From positions 160,001 through 224,000 of the forward strand of contig CAVQBA010000006.1 in assembly GCA_963710605.1 (NCBI GenBank): DNA of 64,000 nt. Direction: 5' to 3'. The translations under genes were made by a program, and so were the position numbers. Source of the stretch: an uncultured cyanobacterium (GTDB taxonomy: Bacteria > Cyanobacteriota > Cyanobacteriia > Cyanobacteriales > Cyanobacteriaceae). How positions within the stretch are numbered: position 1 is the stretch's first letter; the number at the start of each line of letters is the position of its first letter. Below are positions 44,956 through 56,420 of the stretch, one piece after another. The notes below the pieces were generated by a model that did no database searches, had not been told where the DNA came from, and saw only the letters and a list, made by a program, of their open reading frames with translations.

Positions 44956-45501
44956 TTAAGCAGAACATAATAATAATCGATCGTATTTATTAATGATAGA
45001 CAATAAAATGGGTTTGATCTTAACTTTCTCTACCCAAGATAAGATTAAACAAGGATAAACCGCTTTGCCCCATATATTATGATATAAGCCACAGCTACCA
45101 TTTTGTTTTTGAAAGCTAGGTAAGTAACGTGTAACGATCGTATTTAGATCAAAAATATCCGTTCCCGATTTTGAGTATAAAGGTAAACCAGAGCGAGGAC
45201 AAATAATTTCTACACTAATATTTTGCTCCTGACAAGTAAGATAAAAATCACGACTCAAACTTTCAAACTCTTTTAATAATCGATCTTTTTCTAATTGCTC
45301 TTGTTTTAAATTAGTACCATCTAAAGGTAAATTACATTGGAAAAAAATAAAAACGATCGTCTTTGGTGGTTGTTGATATTCAGGTAGTAATCGATCGTGA
45401 TATTGAATAATATACTCTTCAGATATACTTTTTAACGGTTGAATAGATATTTCTATTTCTTGTTGATTAAAAGTAGTTTGATGTTTTTTCTTTTTGTTCA
45501 A
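44956..45501 (-). CDS. MMADHC (CblD)-like protein
   Basis: EKDRLLKEF, EIICPRSGLP and HNIWGKAVYP; start uncertain. Confidence 0.65.
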   Translation of the reverse strand: MNKKKKHQTTFNQQEIEISIQPLKSISEEYIIQYHDRLLPEYQQPPKTIVFIFFQCNLPLDGTNLKQEQLEKDRLLKEFESLSRDFYLTCQEQNISVEIICPRSGLPLYSKSGTDIFDLNTIVTRYLPSFQKQNGSCGLYHNIWGKAVYPCLILSWVEKVKIKPILLSIINKYDRLLLCSA

Positions 45502-45636
45502 AATTAAATATTTTTAATCGTATAACAGTAAACGGTGTTCACTTTTGACAAATTCTCAATCGATAAATTTTAGACTTAAAACTGTGATTAAATCCCCCTC
45601 CTTTCAAAGGAGGGGTTAGGGGTGGTTTAGAATCTT

Positions 45637-47515
45637 TCATCTCATTAAATCAATAATCGTCGTCTTATCTAACATTTCTGGAGATAGATTAATATATTCT
45701 TTTTCCTGCTCTTCTTCAGTCACCGCAACAATAACTATTAGCTCCTGCCTTAGTCAAAATTTCTCTAAAATCAAGAGAATTAACTAATTTACTTACTAAA
45801 AATTTTCTAGTATATAGAGACTGTTCATTCTGATAAGAAGTAATAGAATTACCGATACTTACGTTAGCAAAATAAAATCTGTTTTCTTGGTTTATATTAA
45901 CTATTAAACCTAAAATATTTTGTTTTTTAGTGATGCTTATATTAGCAGAAGCAATTATTTTATTAACATCTACCATATAGTTTTTACCGAAATTATCGGG
46001 TTTTTCTTGGGCAACCAAAATCTTCGCTTCTACTTCGTCGCTTTTATTAAAATTGTAGTAATTAACCGTTAAAATACGTGCTTCTTGCTCAGCCTGTTTA
46101 AGATAAAAAAGTTCAGATGCCCCTTTTGGTGCAGGTGCGTTAGTAACATCTCCAGAAAATAAGACTTGTTTATCTGAGGAGCGATAATCGGCATCCCAAC
46201 CAATTTTACCTGATTCTCCAATAACAGATAAATCTAAATCGACTCTCTTAGTTTTTGTATTTGTCCAATGGATACCAACGATCGTATCTTGCTTGGTTAC
46301 AACATAACTACCCGTAGGTATATACCCTGTAAATTGCTTTTCGGTAGCAGGTAGAGCATAATGGACGTTAGCAGGAATATAAATAGTTTTACCTTCAACG
46401 TTTTTTTTCACATCTTCAACGATCGAATTTATAACTGCATTCAATGCTTGTTGGGTTTTATCTTTAACCACAGTCCACCATTCAAAGTCAAATTCCGTCG
46501 CCCAACCTTTTCCATTTCTGACTGTATAGACGATCGAATCACAAGCATTAAGACGATATTTTAAAGCATAAGCCAAACGAATTTTACGAAAAATAGTTGC
46601 TTTACCCAGTTTTTGAGCTAAGGTTTCTAGATTTAAGTTGTCCTGTTTTATCTGACTAGTAATGCTATTAAGATAATCTGGTGGTAAAGGTTTATGTAAC
46701 TTGTTCGCTTTTTTTCTTAACTGATTAAAATATGTTTTGTTACTAGAAATAGACTTCATTGCTAAGAATAAAGGTTTGAAGCGAAAGAAAATTGAGGCTA
46801 AATCATTTGGGGCATCTTGCAATAAAGTATCTAATAATTTACCGTTAGCTTGTTTAATTTTGTCGATTAGGTATTGATTTTTGATTAGTAATGATTCATC
46901 GGTTAATTTACTAATCAAATGACGTAAAAATTCAACTGGCTCTGATGGTACAATATGATAAAAATCGTATAGTAAGGCTTTTAATTCTCGATTACCTATT
47001 TTCTCAACAAAGCCTTTATCGTAATTGTGAGCTTTAATGATACTCATCATATCAGCCAGTGTTTCTGGAGATAAGGCGATACCATCGGCTAATTGAATGA
47101 TATTAGCTAAAATTTCCTCAGCAGTCATCGCTTTGATAATAACTAAAGGAATATCATCAGTAATCTCTGGTAACTCTAAAACTTCTTTGGGGATATAAAC
47201 GGCATCTTCTCGATAAATACCTATACTTTCAAAGCCGTAGGTGGTGATGTAATGAATAATCTGTTGCTTGACCAAAGATTCCATATCGGTATCTTGAATA
47301 ATCTGCCATGATTTGTGGAAAGCAGAATTAGCTTTAATGCCTGAAATACCGACTACACTTTCAATTGCATTTAGTAATTTTGTCTTAGGATTAATTGCTC
47401 GATCGAGAATATAACCCTGAGCGATCGTTCTTGCTAAAATAGATTCAGATATATCTTGATTATTTTTATTCTCAACCTCGATCGCATTAAATAATCTTAA
47501 CGTTGCTGGATTCAT
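45637..47515 (-). CDS. Probable ROT/TROVE-like helical + C-terminal TerD-like protein (frameshift near 45737)
   Basis: ATG at 47515 (MNPATLRLF); QIIHYITTYG, FFRFKPLFLA; TerD-like VGIHW...VDLDLS...FSGDVTNAP..GASE; the shifted frame ends INLSPEMLDKTTIIDLMR*. Confidence 0.65.
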
Positions 47516-47536
47516 TTTTCGTACTTTTAATTTTAA

Positions 47537-47608
47537 AGAGGGCGAGAGATAATTTGTTTTATTGCAAAAAACTGGCTTTCGCCATTCAAGGAATCTCTTT
47601 TGCCCTCT
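47537..47608 (-). ncRNA. Putative structured RNA / 5' leader element
   Basis: Closing stems AGAGGGC/GCCCTCT and AGAGAT/ATCTCT, a TGGC-GAAA-GCCA GNRA hairpin and a GTTTT/AAAAC hairpin. Confidence 0.6.
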
Positions 47609-47613
47609 CTTGT

Positions 47614-47730
47614 TGGGGAAGGTAGGATTTGAACCTACGTCCAACGAGACCAATAATAAAAGGAACTTTGGAGTGCATAGTAATGCGCAAAGTAAAAAAT
47701 CGTTGCTCTACCAGACTGAGCTACTTCCCC
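47614..47730 (-). ncRNA. tRNA-like RNA with a 52-nt structured insert replacing the anticodon loop
   Basis: GGGGAAG/CTTCCCC acceptor stem, GCTC-AGTCTGGTA-GAGC D arm, ACGA/TCGT stem and GTAGG-TTCAAAT-CCTAC T arm. Confidence 0.85.
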
Positions 47731-48092
47731 TTAATTGTTCCCTTTTCAGTTTAGCTTATTCATAAAATAATCAAGTTGAATTTTTATGAAGAATGAAAAG
47801 CGATCGCTTTAATCAACTCTCTCTATCGAAAAATATTTGTTGACTTAAAACCAGTTATTCTCTCTTTTTCTCTTCCTCCTTTCCACCTCTGATTCTGTAT
47901 TTTTCTCTCCTCATCTTTCTTCTCTCTGCGTACTCTGCGTACTCTGCGGTTAATTACCACTGACAATAAATGTCTAACACCACAGATATTTTTTACGATA
48001 CGATGCTTTAAAACTAAATTACCAGATCAATGACAAAATAAAAAGACAAGGCGTACCTTGTCTCTACGTTAGAAAATAAATTGTACCTTTAA

Positions 48093-50912
48093 TTAAACAG
48101 GTTGTGGTTGTGGCTGTGGTTGGAATTGGAATAGAGAATAAACGACATTACGACGAATATCGATCATCATTTCCAAGAACATTTCGTATCCTTCTTGTTT
48201 GTACTCAACTAAAGGATCTTTTTGTCCATAACCACGTAAACCAACCGATTCTCTTAAACCATCCATTGATTGTAAATGTTCACGCCATAGGTTATCAATT
48301 TGTTGCAGAATAAAGAATCTTTCTGCTTGTCGCATCAAACCCGGTTGCATTTGTTCAACTTGATTTTCTTTCAAGTCATAGGCTTTATGTACTTCTTCAT
48401 GGAGAAAAGTTTTCATTTCGGTAACTGTCATATCCGCCATATCTTCAATGGTGACATCTTCTAATAGATAGATAAATTCTTTAGCTTTAGCGACTAACGC
48501 TTCTACATTCCATTCATCAGGTGGTAAATCGGGGTTAACATAGGCATCAACTATCTCATCCATTGTACGAGTAGCGTAGTCTAAAACTTGCTCTCTTAAG
48601 TCTCTTCCTTCTAATACTCGACGACGCTCAGCATAAATAGCTCGACGTTGGTTGTTCATTACCTCGTCATATTCAAAGACTTGTTTACGGGCGTCATAAT
48701 AAAAGGTTTCAACTTTTTTCTGTGCACCTTCTAAAGAGCGAGTGAGCATACCCGATTCGATCGGCATATCTTCTTCTACTCTAAAAGCATTCATTAAACC
48801 TGCAACTCGATCGCCACCGAAAATACGTAGTAAATTATCTTCTAAGCTCAAAAAGAAGCGTGTAGAACCAGGATCTCCTTGTCTTCCTGCTCTTCCTCGT
48901 AATTGGTTATCAATACGGCGAGATTCGTGTCTTTCTGTCCCGATTACGTGCAAACCACCGTTATCGATTACCAAATCATGTTCACCATCGGTAACGCCTT
49001 CGTATTCAGCCAAAATTGCTTGATATACTTCTCGTAGTTTTTGAATTACAGAATCGTTTGTGGGTGCTTTTTCAGCGGCGATCGCAATTTTTTCTTCTGC
49101 GTCTAATTCAGATAAACTTTGTCTGCCATAATTTTGGACTGCAACGGCAACAGATTCTTTGAGTTTATTTTCGGTTTCAGGAGAAAGTTGGCAAGGAAAA
49201 AGATCAGATGTCGGTTTCCAGTTTTTGAGTTTTTTACCATTTTCGGCATTACCATCACCATTAAAACCTTGTCCTTTGGTGTGTTTTTTTAACATCGATG
49301 TAGCCATTAATTGATCTTCTTCAGGGATGACAATCTGAGGCATGAGATATTCTCTGATTTTTAATCTTGCCATATAGTCAGAGTTACCACCAAGGATGAT
49401 ATCTGTACCACGCCCTGCCATGTTGGTTGCGATCGTTACTGCTCCTTTTCTTCCCGCTTGAGCAACAATTTCGGATTCTCTTTCGACGTTTTCTGGACGA
49501 GCATTCAGAATGTTATGAGGTATTTTTTTCTCGACTAATAATTTAGATATTACCTCTGATTTCTCAACACTTGTAGTACCAACTAAGACAGGTCTGTTTG
49601 TTTCGTGCATTTCGGCACATTCTTCGGCTACTGCTTTCCATTTAGCAATTTCGTTTTTATAAACAACATCGGGTAAATCAGCTCGATCGGAAGGACGGTT
49701 AGTAGGTATGATGGTAACTTCAAGGCTATAAACTTTTTCAAATTCAGTTTCTTCAGTTTTAGCTGTACCTGTCATACCTGAAAGTTTGTTATATAACAAG
49801 AAGAAATTTTGATAAGTAATACTAGCTAGAGTTTGAGTTTCTTTTTGAATATCAACACCTTCTTTAGCTTCCATAGCTTGGTGCAAACCATCACTCCATC
49901 TTCTACCAGATAAAACCCTACCTGTATATTCATCGACAATGACAACTTCGTTATTACGAACAATATAGTTAACATCAGCGACGAATAATTCTTTGGCTTT
50001 AATAGCATTAAAAATATAATGAGCCCAAGGATTTTCTTGATCGTATAAATCAGTTACGCCTAATAATTCTTCAGCTTTAGCAAAACCTTCTTCAGTAAGA
50101 ATGACACTACGAGCTTTTTCATCAACTTCATAGTCATTACCATCATTTTCTTCTTTTTGTCTGACAAGCATGGAAGCAACTTCTTTGGCTTTAAGATATT
50201 TTTCCTGAGGGCGTTCAATTTGCCCTGAGATAATTAAAGGAGTACGAGCTTCATCAACTAAAATAGAGTCAACCTCATCAATGATGCAATAATTAGGTGG
50301 ACGTTGGACAACTTCATTAATGTCAGTTGACATATTATCTCGTAGATAATCAAAACCCAATTCACTGTTAGTAGCGTAGGTAATATCAGCGTTATAATTT
50401 TTTTGTCTTTCGGTGGCTGTCATCCCACCTTGAATTAAACCAACTTCTAAACCTAAAAAGCGATGTACTTGCCCCATCCACTCTGCGTCTCTTCGGGCTA
50501 GATAATCGTTGACTGTGACGACATGGACTCCTTTACCTGTTAAACCGTTAAGATAAGCGGGTAAAGTAGCAACGAGGGTTTTACCTTCCCCTGTTTTCAT
50601 CTCAGCAATTTGTCCTGAATTTAAGACAATTCCGCCTAACATTTGTACGTCATAATGACGCATTCCTAATACTCTAATTCCTGCTTCTCGCACCAAAGCA
50701 AAGGCTTCGGGAAGAATTTCTTCTAATATTTCTTCTTGCTCTTCGGTGGTATCTACTTTAGCTAACATTTGTTGGAATTCTGCGGTTTTCGATCGCATTT
50801 GGTCGTCTGTTAGCTGTTTGATATCTTCTTCTAAAAGATTAATCTCGGCGATTGAGGGTTGTAATTTTTTGAGTTTACGAGTGTTTGGATCACCAAATAA
50901 CTTTTTAAACAT
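48093..50912 (-). CDS. secA: Preprotein translocase subunit SecA
   Basis: [28 protein letters not shown] and [13 protein letters not shown]. Confidence 0.98.
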   Translation of the reverse strand: MFKKLFGDPNTRKLKKLQPSIAEINLLEEDIKQLTDDQMRSKTAEFQQMLAKVDTTEEQEEILEEILPEAFALVREAGIRVLGMRHYDVQMLGGIVLNSGQIAEMKTGEGKTLVATLPAYLNGLTGKGVHVVTVNDYLARRDAEWMGQVHRFLGLEVGLIQGGMTATERQKNYNADITYATNSELGFDYLRDNMSTDINEVVQRPPNYCIIDEVDSILVDEARTPLIISGQIERPQEKYLKAKEVASMLVRQKEENDGNDYEVDEKARSVILTEEGFAKAEELLGVTDLYDQENPWAHYIFNAIKAKELFVADVNYIVRNNEVVIVDEYTGRVLSGRRWSDGLHQAMEAKEGVDIQKETQTLASITYQNFFLLYNKLSGMTGTAKTEETEFEKVYSLEVTIIPTNRPSDRADLPDVVYKNEIAKWKAVAEECAEMHETNRPVLVGTTSVEKSEVISKLLVEKKIPHNILNARPENVERESEIVAQAGRKGAVTIATNMAGRGTDIILGGNSDYMARLKIREYLMPQIVIPEEDQLMATSMLKKHTKGQGFNGDGNAENGKKLKNWKPTSDLFPCQLSPETENKLKESVAVAVQNYGRQSLSELDAEEKIAIAAEKAPTNDSVIQKLREVYQAILAEYEGVTDGEHDLVIDNGGLHVIGTERHESRRIDNQLRGRAGRQGDPGSTRFFLSLEDNLLRIFGGDRVAGLMNAFRVEEDMPIESGMLTRSLEGAQKKVETFYYDARKQVFEYDEVMNNQRRAIYAERRRVLEGRDLREQVLDYATRTMDEIVDAYVNPDLPPDEWNVEALVAKAKEFIYLLEDVTIEDMADMTVTEMKTFLHEEVHKAYDLKENQVEQMQPGLMRQAERFFILQQIDNLWREHLQSMDGLRESVGLRGYGQKDPLVEYKQEGYEMFLEMMIDIRRNVVYSLFQFQPQPQPQPV

Positions 50913-51082
50913 ATTTAATTTTATATAATATCTTTCCTATATATTAATAATCATAAGGGATAATTGATAGTTGACTGTTACGGCAATTAATAATTGCTAA
51001 TAATCTGTTTTACTTAACTAGTTTATTACTTATAATGGAGTTTAACTATTAGCTGTATAATCACCCTATCCAATTACTCATT

Positions 51083-51487
51083 GTGCCTCTGCGAAAAACT
51101 AACCCTATCGACCTTAAAAATGAATATCCTTGCCCTTGTCGTCGTCAAGGTAAACTGTGTAATATTATTTTAACCGAAGCAATGGGTTGCCAATTATGTC
51201 AAACTATTTTTGTTTTGTCTGCTACAGGAGAATCTTTAGAGCAATTAAATGCTCATTATCCTTATAAGAAAGAGTGGCGTTGGACGGGTAAAAAATGGAT
51301 TAGTAACCATAAACGTTGGTATGAAAACTATTTTGTTCTTTCTACTATTTGCTTATTTTTTTCGGTTTTGATTTCTAGTCCTTTATTGATTACTTTTAAA
51401 GGAGGAATTCATTTAATCTCTGTTATTATGGTAGGGCTAATAATTATATTACTAGCCGCATCTTTATGGTTTGCTTATCGCCGTTAA
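51083..51487 (+). CDS. Hypothetical membrane protein with CPC/CxxC motifs
   Basis: YPCPCRR...CQLC plus two C-terminal TM helices. Confidence 0.7.
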   Translation: MPLRKTNPIDLKNEYPCPCRRQGKLCNIILTEAMGCQLCQTIFVLSATGESLEQLNAHYPYKKEWRWTGKKWISNHKRWYENYFVLSTICLFFSVLISSPLLITFKGGIHLISVIMVGLIIILLAASLWFAYRR

Positions 51488-51497
51488 TTAAATAATA

Positions 51498-52763
51498 ATG
51501 AATGATCATAACCCCCCACCGATTTCTGTAATTGCACAACAAGCACAAACTGCTTTTTTAGAGCTAAATTCGATTAAGGGGATAGAAAGTTCGGAGGCTG
51601 TCGCACAAATGGCGAGTAAGTTGAATGAATGTATGGATGATATTCTTCAGGCTAATACTTTAGATTTAGAAATTAGCCGAGAAATGGCTGTACCTGATCT
51701 GATTTTGGAGTGGTTGAAACTTACTCCCCAAAGGTTAAGGGCAACTGTTGAGATTCTTGAAGCCCTCGCCGAATTACCTGATCCTTTTCAGAAGGTAATT
51801 AATTCGCCTTATCAGGTTACTTATTGTCAAAATTATTCTCAATTGATGCCTTTAGGTACTGTTGCTTTTATTTACGAAGCGTTACCTGAGTTAGCGATCG
51901 TTGCCGCTGGTTTAGCGATTAAAACGGGTAATACGATCATTCTTAAAGGTAGTAGCGAAGCGAGTAATACCAATACAATTATTGCTCAGGCTTTACAAGT
52001 GGCTTTAGAAGAGGTTAATTTTCCTGATAATTGTTTACAGTTTTTGCCTCCTGAGCAAGGATATTCGATCGAAGATTTGGTAACTCAAGATGAATGTATT
52101 AGTTTAATTATTCCTTATGGTAGAACCAGTTTAGTCAAACAAGTAACTCAATTTGCTACCGCACCAGTACTCAAATCAGCTATTGGTAATTGTTATTTAT
52201 ATTGGTCATTATCTAGTGATTTAGATTTAGTCAGACACATAATTTTAGATAGTTATACCACCATACCAGAACCTGTAAATGCGATCGAAAAAGTATTAAT
52301 TAGTACCCAACAAAAACCTAATTCTTTGATCAGATTATTTAATTATTTACGAGAACAAGAATTTACACTCATGGGGGATGAAAGTTTGATGAATGAATTC
52401 GGCGAATATTTAACTTTTATTCCTGCTGATTCTCCTAAATGGGGTGAACCTTTTTTAAATAAAACGATCGCTTTTCGTTTAGTTGATGATCTCGATGAAG
52501 CTATTACCCTGATTAATAAGTATAGTAGTGGTCACGCTAATTGTTTAATTACCGACTCCTATCAAGAAGGTAGAATCTTTGGCATGGAAACTGATAGTGC
52601 TTTAATTTATATCAATTCATCTCCTCGTTTTTACCGTTATTTACCCGGTAGTAATTCTGTATTTTTAGGTATTTCTAATCAAAAAGGTCATCGCCGTGGC
52701 TTAATCAGTTTAGAAACTTTTACTACTCTCAAACAAATTGTTGTCGGAGACGGCGAGGTGTGA
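51498..52763 (+). CDS. proA: Gamma-glutamyl phosphate reductase-like protein (ProA2 type)
   Basis: MPLGTVAFIYEA, KTGN..ILKG, IPYGR and YSSGHA; NAIEK rather than CNAxE. Confidence 0.8.
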   Translation: MNDHNPPPISVIAQQAQTAFLELNSIKGIESSEAVAQMASKLNECMDDILQANTLDLEISREMAVPDLILEWLKLTPQRLRATVEILEALAELPDPFQKVINSPYQVTYCQNYSQLMPLGTVAFIYEALPELAIVAAGLAIKTGNTIILKGSSEASNTNTIIAQALQVALEEVNFPDNCLQFLPPEQGYSIEDLVTQDECISLIIPYGRTSLVKQVTQFATAPVLKSAIGNCYLYWSLSSDLDLVRHIILDSYTTIPEPVNAIEKVLISTQQKPNSLIRLFNYLREQEFTLMGDESLMNEFGEYLTFIPADSPKWGEPFLNKTIAFRLVDDLDEAITLINKYSSGHANCLITDSYQEGRIFGMETDSALIYINSSPRFYRYLPGSNSVFLGISNQKGHRRGLISLETFTTLKQIVVGDGEV

Positions 52764-52880
52764 GTTAAGAGTTAAGAGTTAAGAGTTAAGAGTTAAGAGT
52801 TAGTTGATAATTTTTATTTCCTATTTCTTAATTCCCTATTTCTCGATTCTCACCGAAGACGTGCGAAGCAGGGATTCATC

Positions 52881-53159
52881 TCAATTATTACCACGAGCGT
52901 CTTTTTCTACTTGCTCGATAATTTCGTCTGTTTTTTTATTATTGTATTTGTTGTTTTCTAATACATCTTCATCAAAAGAGCCGACTAAAGCATTATTTAT
53001 TTTAGTCCTAGTTTGATAACTCCAGCTATTAAGAGGATAAGGTAAAAACTTATCTCCATAAGCGATCGCAACGATTAAAAATACAGGTAAAAGCTGGAAT
53101 AAGCGAACGAAAATACTTCTTATTAAGCTACCTGAACCATTTAGCAATTTGATTTTCAT
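52881..53159 (-). CDS. Small hypothetical membrane protein
   Basis: One TM helix followed by YGDKFLP. Confidence 0.6.
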   Translation of the reverse strand: MKIKLLNGSGSLIRSIFVRLFQLLPVFLIVAIAYGDKFLPYPLNSWSYQTRTKINNALVGSFDEDVLENNKYNNKKTDEIIEQVEKDARGNN

Positions 53160-53265
53160 AGTAATTGTTTGCTCAAATTAAATACTATTGTTGATCTTGT
53201 TCTTAATCTAGCAAAAATTAAAATCATATAATAGAAATGTTAATGTTTAATTACAAAATTTAATT

Positions 53266-53610
53266 ATGACTCAATTTTTAATTACTTTGTTGGTTACGGC
53301 TGTATCAATGTTGATAACTTCATATTTGATACCGGGTATTGTTGTCAGTAATATTGTCGCCGCTGTGATTGCGGCATTTATTTTTGGTATAGTTAATGCG
53401 ATCGTCAAACCACTTTTAATTCTATTAACTTTACCTGTAACGATCGTAACTTTGGGTTTATTTTTATTTGTCGTCAATGGAATTTGTTTTGCTTTAGCGG
53501 CGGCTTTTACCCCCGGATTCGCTGTTAGCGGTTTTCTCAGTGCTTTAATCGGTGCTGTGGTTGTTTCTATTATTTCTAGTGTTATTAGTAGCCAAATCGA
53601 TTCTAAATAA
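53266..53610 (+). CDS. YvlD/phage-holin-like 4-TM membrane protein
   Basis: VNAIVKPLLILLTLP..IVTLGLF. Confidence 0.88.
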   Translation: MTQFLITLLVTAVSMLITSYLIPGIVVSNIVAAVIAAFIFGIVNAIVKPLLILLTLPVTIVTLGLFLFVVNGICFALAAAFTPGFAVSGFLSALIGAVVVSIISSVISSQIDSK

Positions 53611-53819
53611 TTTCTATTTCAATAATTAATTTTAAAAAATCAACTCAAAATTTCTCACTCATGAGCAACATGAATTATTAAGATAACTCGATCGTAAATG
53701 ATAAATAGACTTCTAGTCAAAAAGGTTTAATAATAGTTTTGGGTTGAATACTATTCAACCCTGACAATTGTCTTTTCTTCATTCTTTATTCTCGCACTCT
53801 TTCAATCCTCAATTCTTTC

Positions 53820-55577
53820 ATGATTCATCCAATCTTTCGTTTACTAAGATATGCTCATAAATATCAAACTCGCATTAATCAAGCTAGTATTAGCTCAATT
53901 TTAAATAAAGTATTTGATCTCACACCACCGATTTTGATTGGTATTGCCGTCGATATTGTTGTTGAACAACAAGACTCTTTTGTCGCTCAATTTGGAATCG
54001 AGGGGGTTTTTAATCAATTAGTCGTTTTAAGTATCTTGTCGTTTATTGTATGGAGCTTAGAATCAGTTTTTGAATATGCCCATGAGCGTTTATGGCGTAA
54101 TATTGCTCAGAATATTCAACATGATTTACGGATTAATGCCTATAGTCATATTCAAGATTTAGAATTAGAATTTTTTGAAAATAATAGTACAGGTCGATTA
54201 TTAGCTATTCTTAATGACGATATCAATCAATTAGAAAGGTTTTTAGATGTCGGGGCGAATGAAATTATTCAGGTTTTGACTACTGTAATTATTATCAGTA
54301 CAGCTTTTTTTATTTTAGCCCCTAGTCATGCTTGGATGACCATTTTACCTATTCCGATTATTATCTGGGGTGCGGTTAGTTTTCAGAAATTATTAGCCCC
54401 TCGTTATGCAGAAGTTAGAGAACAAGTTAGTTCATTAAGTAGTCGTTTAGCAAATAATTTGTCAGGGATTACGACGATTAAAAGTTTTACTACTGAATAT
54501 TACGAAATCGAAAGGGTAAGAAAAGATAGTCTGGCTTATCTTAATAGTAATCAAAAAGCGATTAATTTAAGTGCGGCTTTTGTACCTTTAATTCGCTTTG
54601 TTATTTTGGCAGGATTTACAGGTATTTTACTTTTTGGTGGTTTAGAAGTAGAAAAAGGTAATTTGGCAGTTGGTACTTATAGTGTATTAGTTTTTATGAC
54701 ACAACGGTTACTATGGCCACTAACTCGTTTGGGGCAAACTCTTGATTTATATCAAAGGGCGATGGCTTCGACGAATAGAGTTATGAATTTATTAGATACT
54801 CCTGTGACGATTCATTCAGGGGATACATCTTTGCCTTTGCATAGTATTCGAGGAGATATTGTTTTCGATCGTATTAGTTTTGCTTACAATCAAAGAGAAT
54901 CTGTCATTAAAGATTTTAACTTAACTATCCCCGCAGGAACAACGATCGCAATTGTTGGTTTGACAGGCTCAGGAAAAAGTACTTTAGTCAAATTATTATT
55001 ACGTTTTTACGAAATCCAAGCCGGTAATATAACAGTTGATGGTATTGATTTAAGAAAAATAGTCCTTTCTGATTTACGTCGAGCAATCGGTTTAGTTAGT
55101 CAAGATGTATTTTTGTTTCATGGTACGGTTAGAGACAACATTGCTTATGGTAATCCTGAGGCAACCGAAACCGAAATTATTAATGCGGCGAAAATGGCGG
55201 AAGCTCATAATTTTGTGATGGAATTACCTGAAGGTTATGACACCATCGTCGGTGAGAGAGGGCAAAAACTTTCTGGGGGGCAAAGACAACGGCTTTCTAT
55301 TGCTCGGGCGATTGTCAAAAATCCACCGATTCTAATTCTTGATGAGGCAACCTCAGCCGTGGATAATGAAACAGAAGCGGCGATCGCACGATCGTTAGAA
55401 TATATCACTAAAAATCGTACCACGATTATGATTGCTCATCGTCTTTCTACTATTCGTAATGTCGATCGTATTTATGTACTAGAAAGAGGCAAGATTATCG
55501 AGCAAGGCACACACGAAGATTTAATTACCCAAGAAGGAGTTTATAATAATCTATGGCGAGTACAAACAGGGCAATAA
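53820..55577 (+). CDS. ABC exporter, fused permease-ATPase
   Basis: [25 protein letters not shown] and IAHRLST. Confidence 0.93.
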   Translation: MIHPIFRLLRYAHKYQTRINQASISSILNKVFDLTPPILIGIAVDIVVEQQDSFVAQFGIEGVFNQLVVLSILSFIVWSLESVFEYAHERLWRNIAQNIQHDLRINAYSHIQDLELEFFENNSTGRLLAILNDDINQLERFLDVGANEIIQVLTTVIIISTAFFILAPSHAWMTILPIPIIIWGAVSFQKLLAPRYAEVREQVSSLSSRLANNLSGITTIKSFTTEYYEIERVRKDSLAYLNSNQKAINLSAAFVPLIRFVILAGFTGILLFGGLEVEKGNLAVGTYSVLVFMTQRLLWPLTRLGQTLDLYQRAMASTNRVMNLLDTPVTIHSGDTSLPLHSIRGDIVFDRISFAYNQRESVIKDFNLTIPAGTTIAIVGLTGSGKSTLVKLLLRFYEIQAGNITVDGIDLRKIVLSDLRRAIGLVSQDVFLFHGTVRDNIAYGNPEATETEIINAAKMAEAHNFVMELPEGYDTIVGERGQKLSGGQRQRLSIARAIVKNPPILILDEATSAVDNETEAAIARSLEYITKNRTTIMIAHRLSTIRNVDRIYVLERGKIIEQGTHEDLITQEGVYNNLWRVQTGQ

Positions 55578-55657
55578 AAGTTAAGAGTTAAAAGTTAAAA
55601 GTTAAAAGTTAAAAGTTAAAAGACTGATTACCCATTTATCCCTCATTCTTCATCCTT

Positions 55658-56254
55658 TTATTGTGGTGTTTGGGGAGAAAGATTTGTGGTTATCCATTGA
55701 TTGTCTGAGTTAAGAGAGTAATAATAATGATTTTGAGGATTACCTCTTAATTCTAAATGATCGACTTGTTCAGGAGCGAATAATAATAAACAAAAATTAC
55801 TGACAGGTTGTTGCTTATCAACGGGTGTATCTATAGGCGGTAGGCTTTCTTCGGGTAGAATTTGAGGATACGACCAAAAAAATTGAGCTTTGGCATTATC
55901 GCTAAGTCTTTGCCATGTTTGTTGACGTGTCTGCTCGAATTCTGTATTTTCTTCTGCGGTAACTAAGATAATCTTACCGCTAATTCTAAATTGTTCTCTG
56001 GTTTTGGTGAAATACCAACAAATTTCAGCTCTATGATTGTTTTGTAAATGAGTAAACTTATCACTACGAGTATCAGTAATTATTTTAATCTGGTTACTAT
56101 CATCAAGAAAGCCACGGAAGACAACTGTTCGATTTGTCGGAAAACCTTGCTCATTTATAGTTGCTAATTGAAAATACCGACTAAAAACCTGCGATCGATT
56201 TCTATGTAACGCTCTTTGTAATACGCTTCGCCATGGGGCTAAATTTTCGTTCAT
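55658..56254 (-). CDS. Pyridoxamine 5'-phosphate oxidase-like FMN-binding protein
   Basis: QLAT...NRTVVFRGF, TDTRSDK and CWYFTKTREQFR. Confidence 0.88.
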   Translation of the reverse strand: MNENLAPWRSVLQRALHRNRSQVFSRYFQLATINEQGFPTNRTVVFRGFLDDSNQIKIITDTRSDKFTHLQNNHRAEICWYFTKTREQFRISGKIILVTAEENTEFEQTRQQTWQRLSDNAKAQFFWSYPQILPEESLPPIDTPVDKQQPVSNFCLLLFAPEQVDHLELRGNPQNHYYYSLNSDNQWITTNLSPQTPQ

Positions 56255-56420
56255 TATCTATTAAATTTAAAAGCTAAATATTGGAGTTTTTGACAATTTT
56301 TTATAATTATTCTTGATAGTAAAATGTTGATTTTGGTAATAGTAAATTTGATGTATCTTATTTTATTTTCATACGATCGATAAAATTCAGAGTTTTTTTC
56401 TTACTCCCCTCTCTTTTCTT

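Noticed and set aside
47516-47653. N-terminal extension of the 645-aa ORF and the opposite ORF 47562-47765
   Set aside because: Both read through the structured RNAs; ATG 47515 is the plausible start.
47614-47730. Group I intron-containing tRNA or tmRNA
   Set aside because: The insert is only 52 nt with no intron core; a full D arm is present, and there is no tag ORF or Ala G-U identity pair.
53266-53610. Prophage suggested by the holin-like gene
   Set aside because: YvlD-type genes are commonly chromosomal; no phage genes nearby.
53820-55577. HlyB exporter for the RTX protein
   Set aside because: No C39-like N-terminal domain, no adjacent HlyD, and separated from the RTX operon by two oppositely oriented genes.
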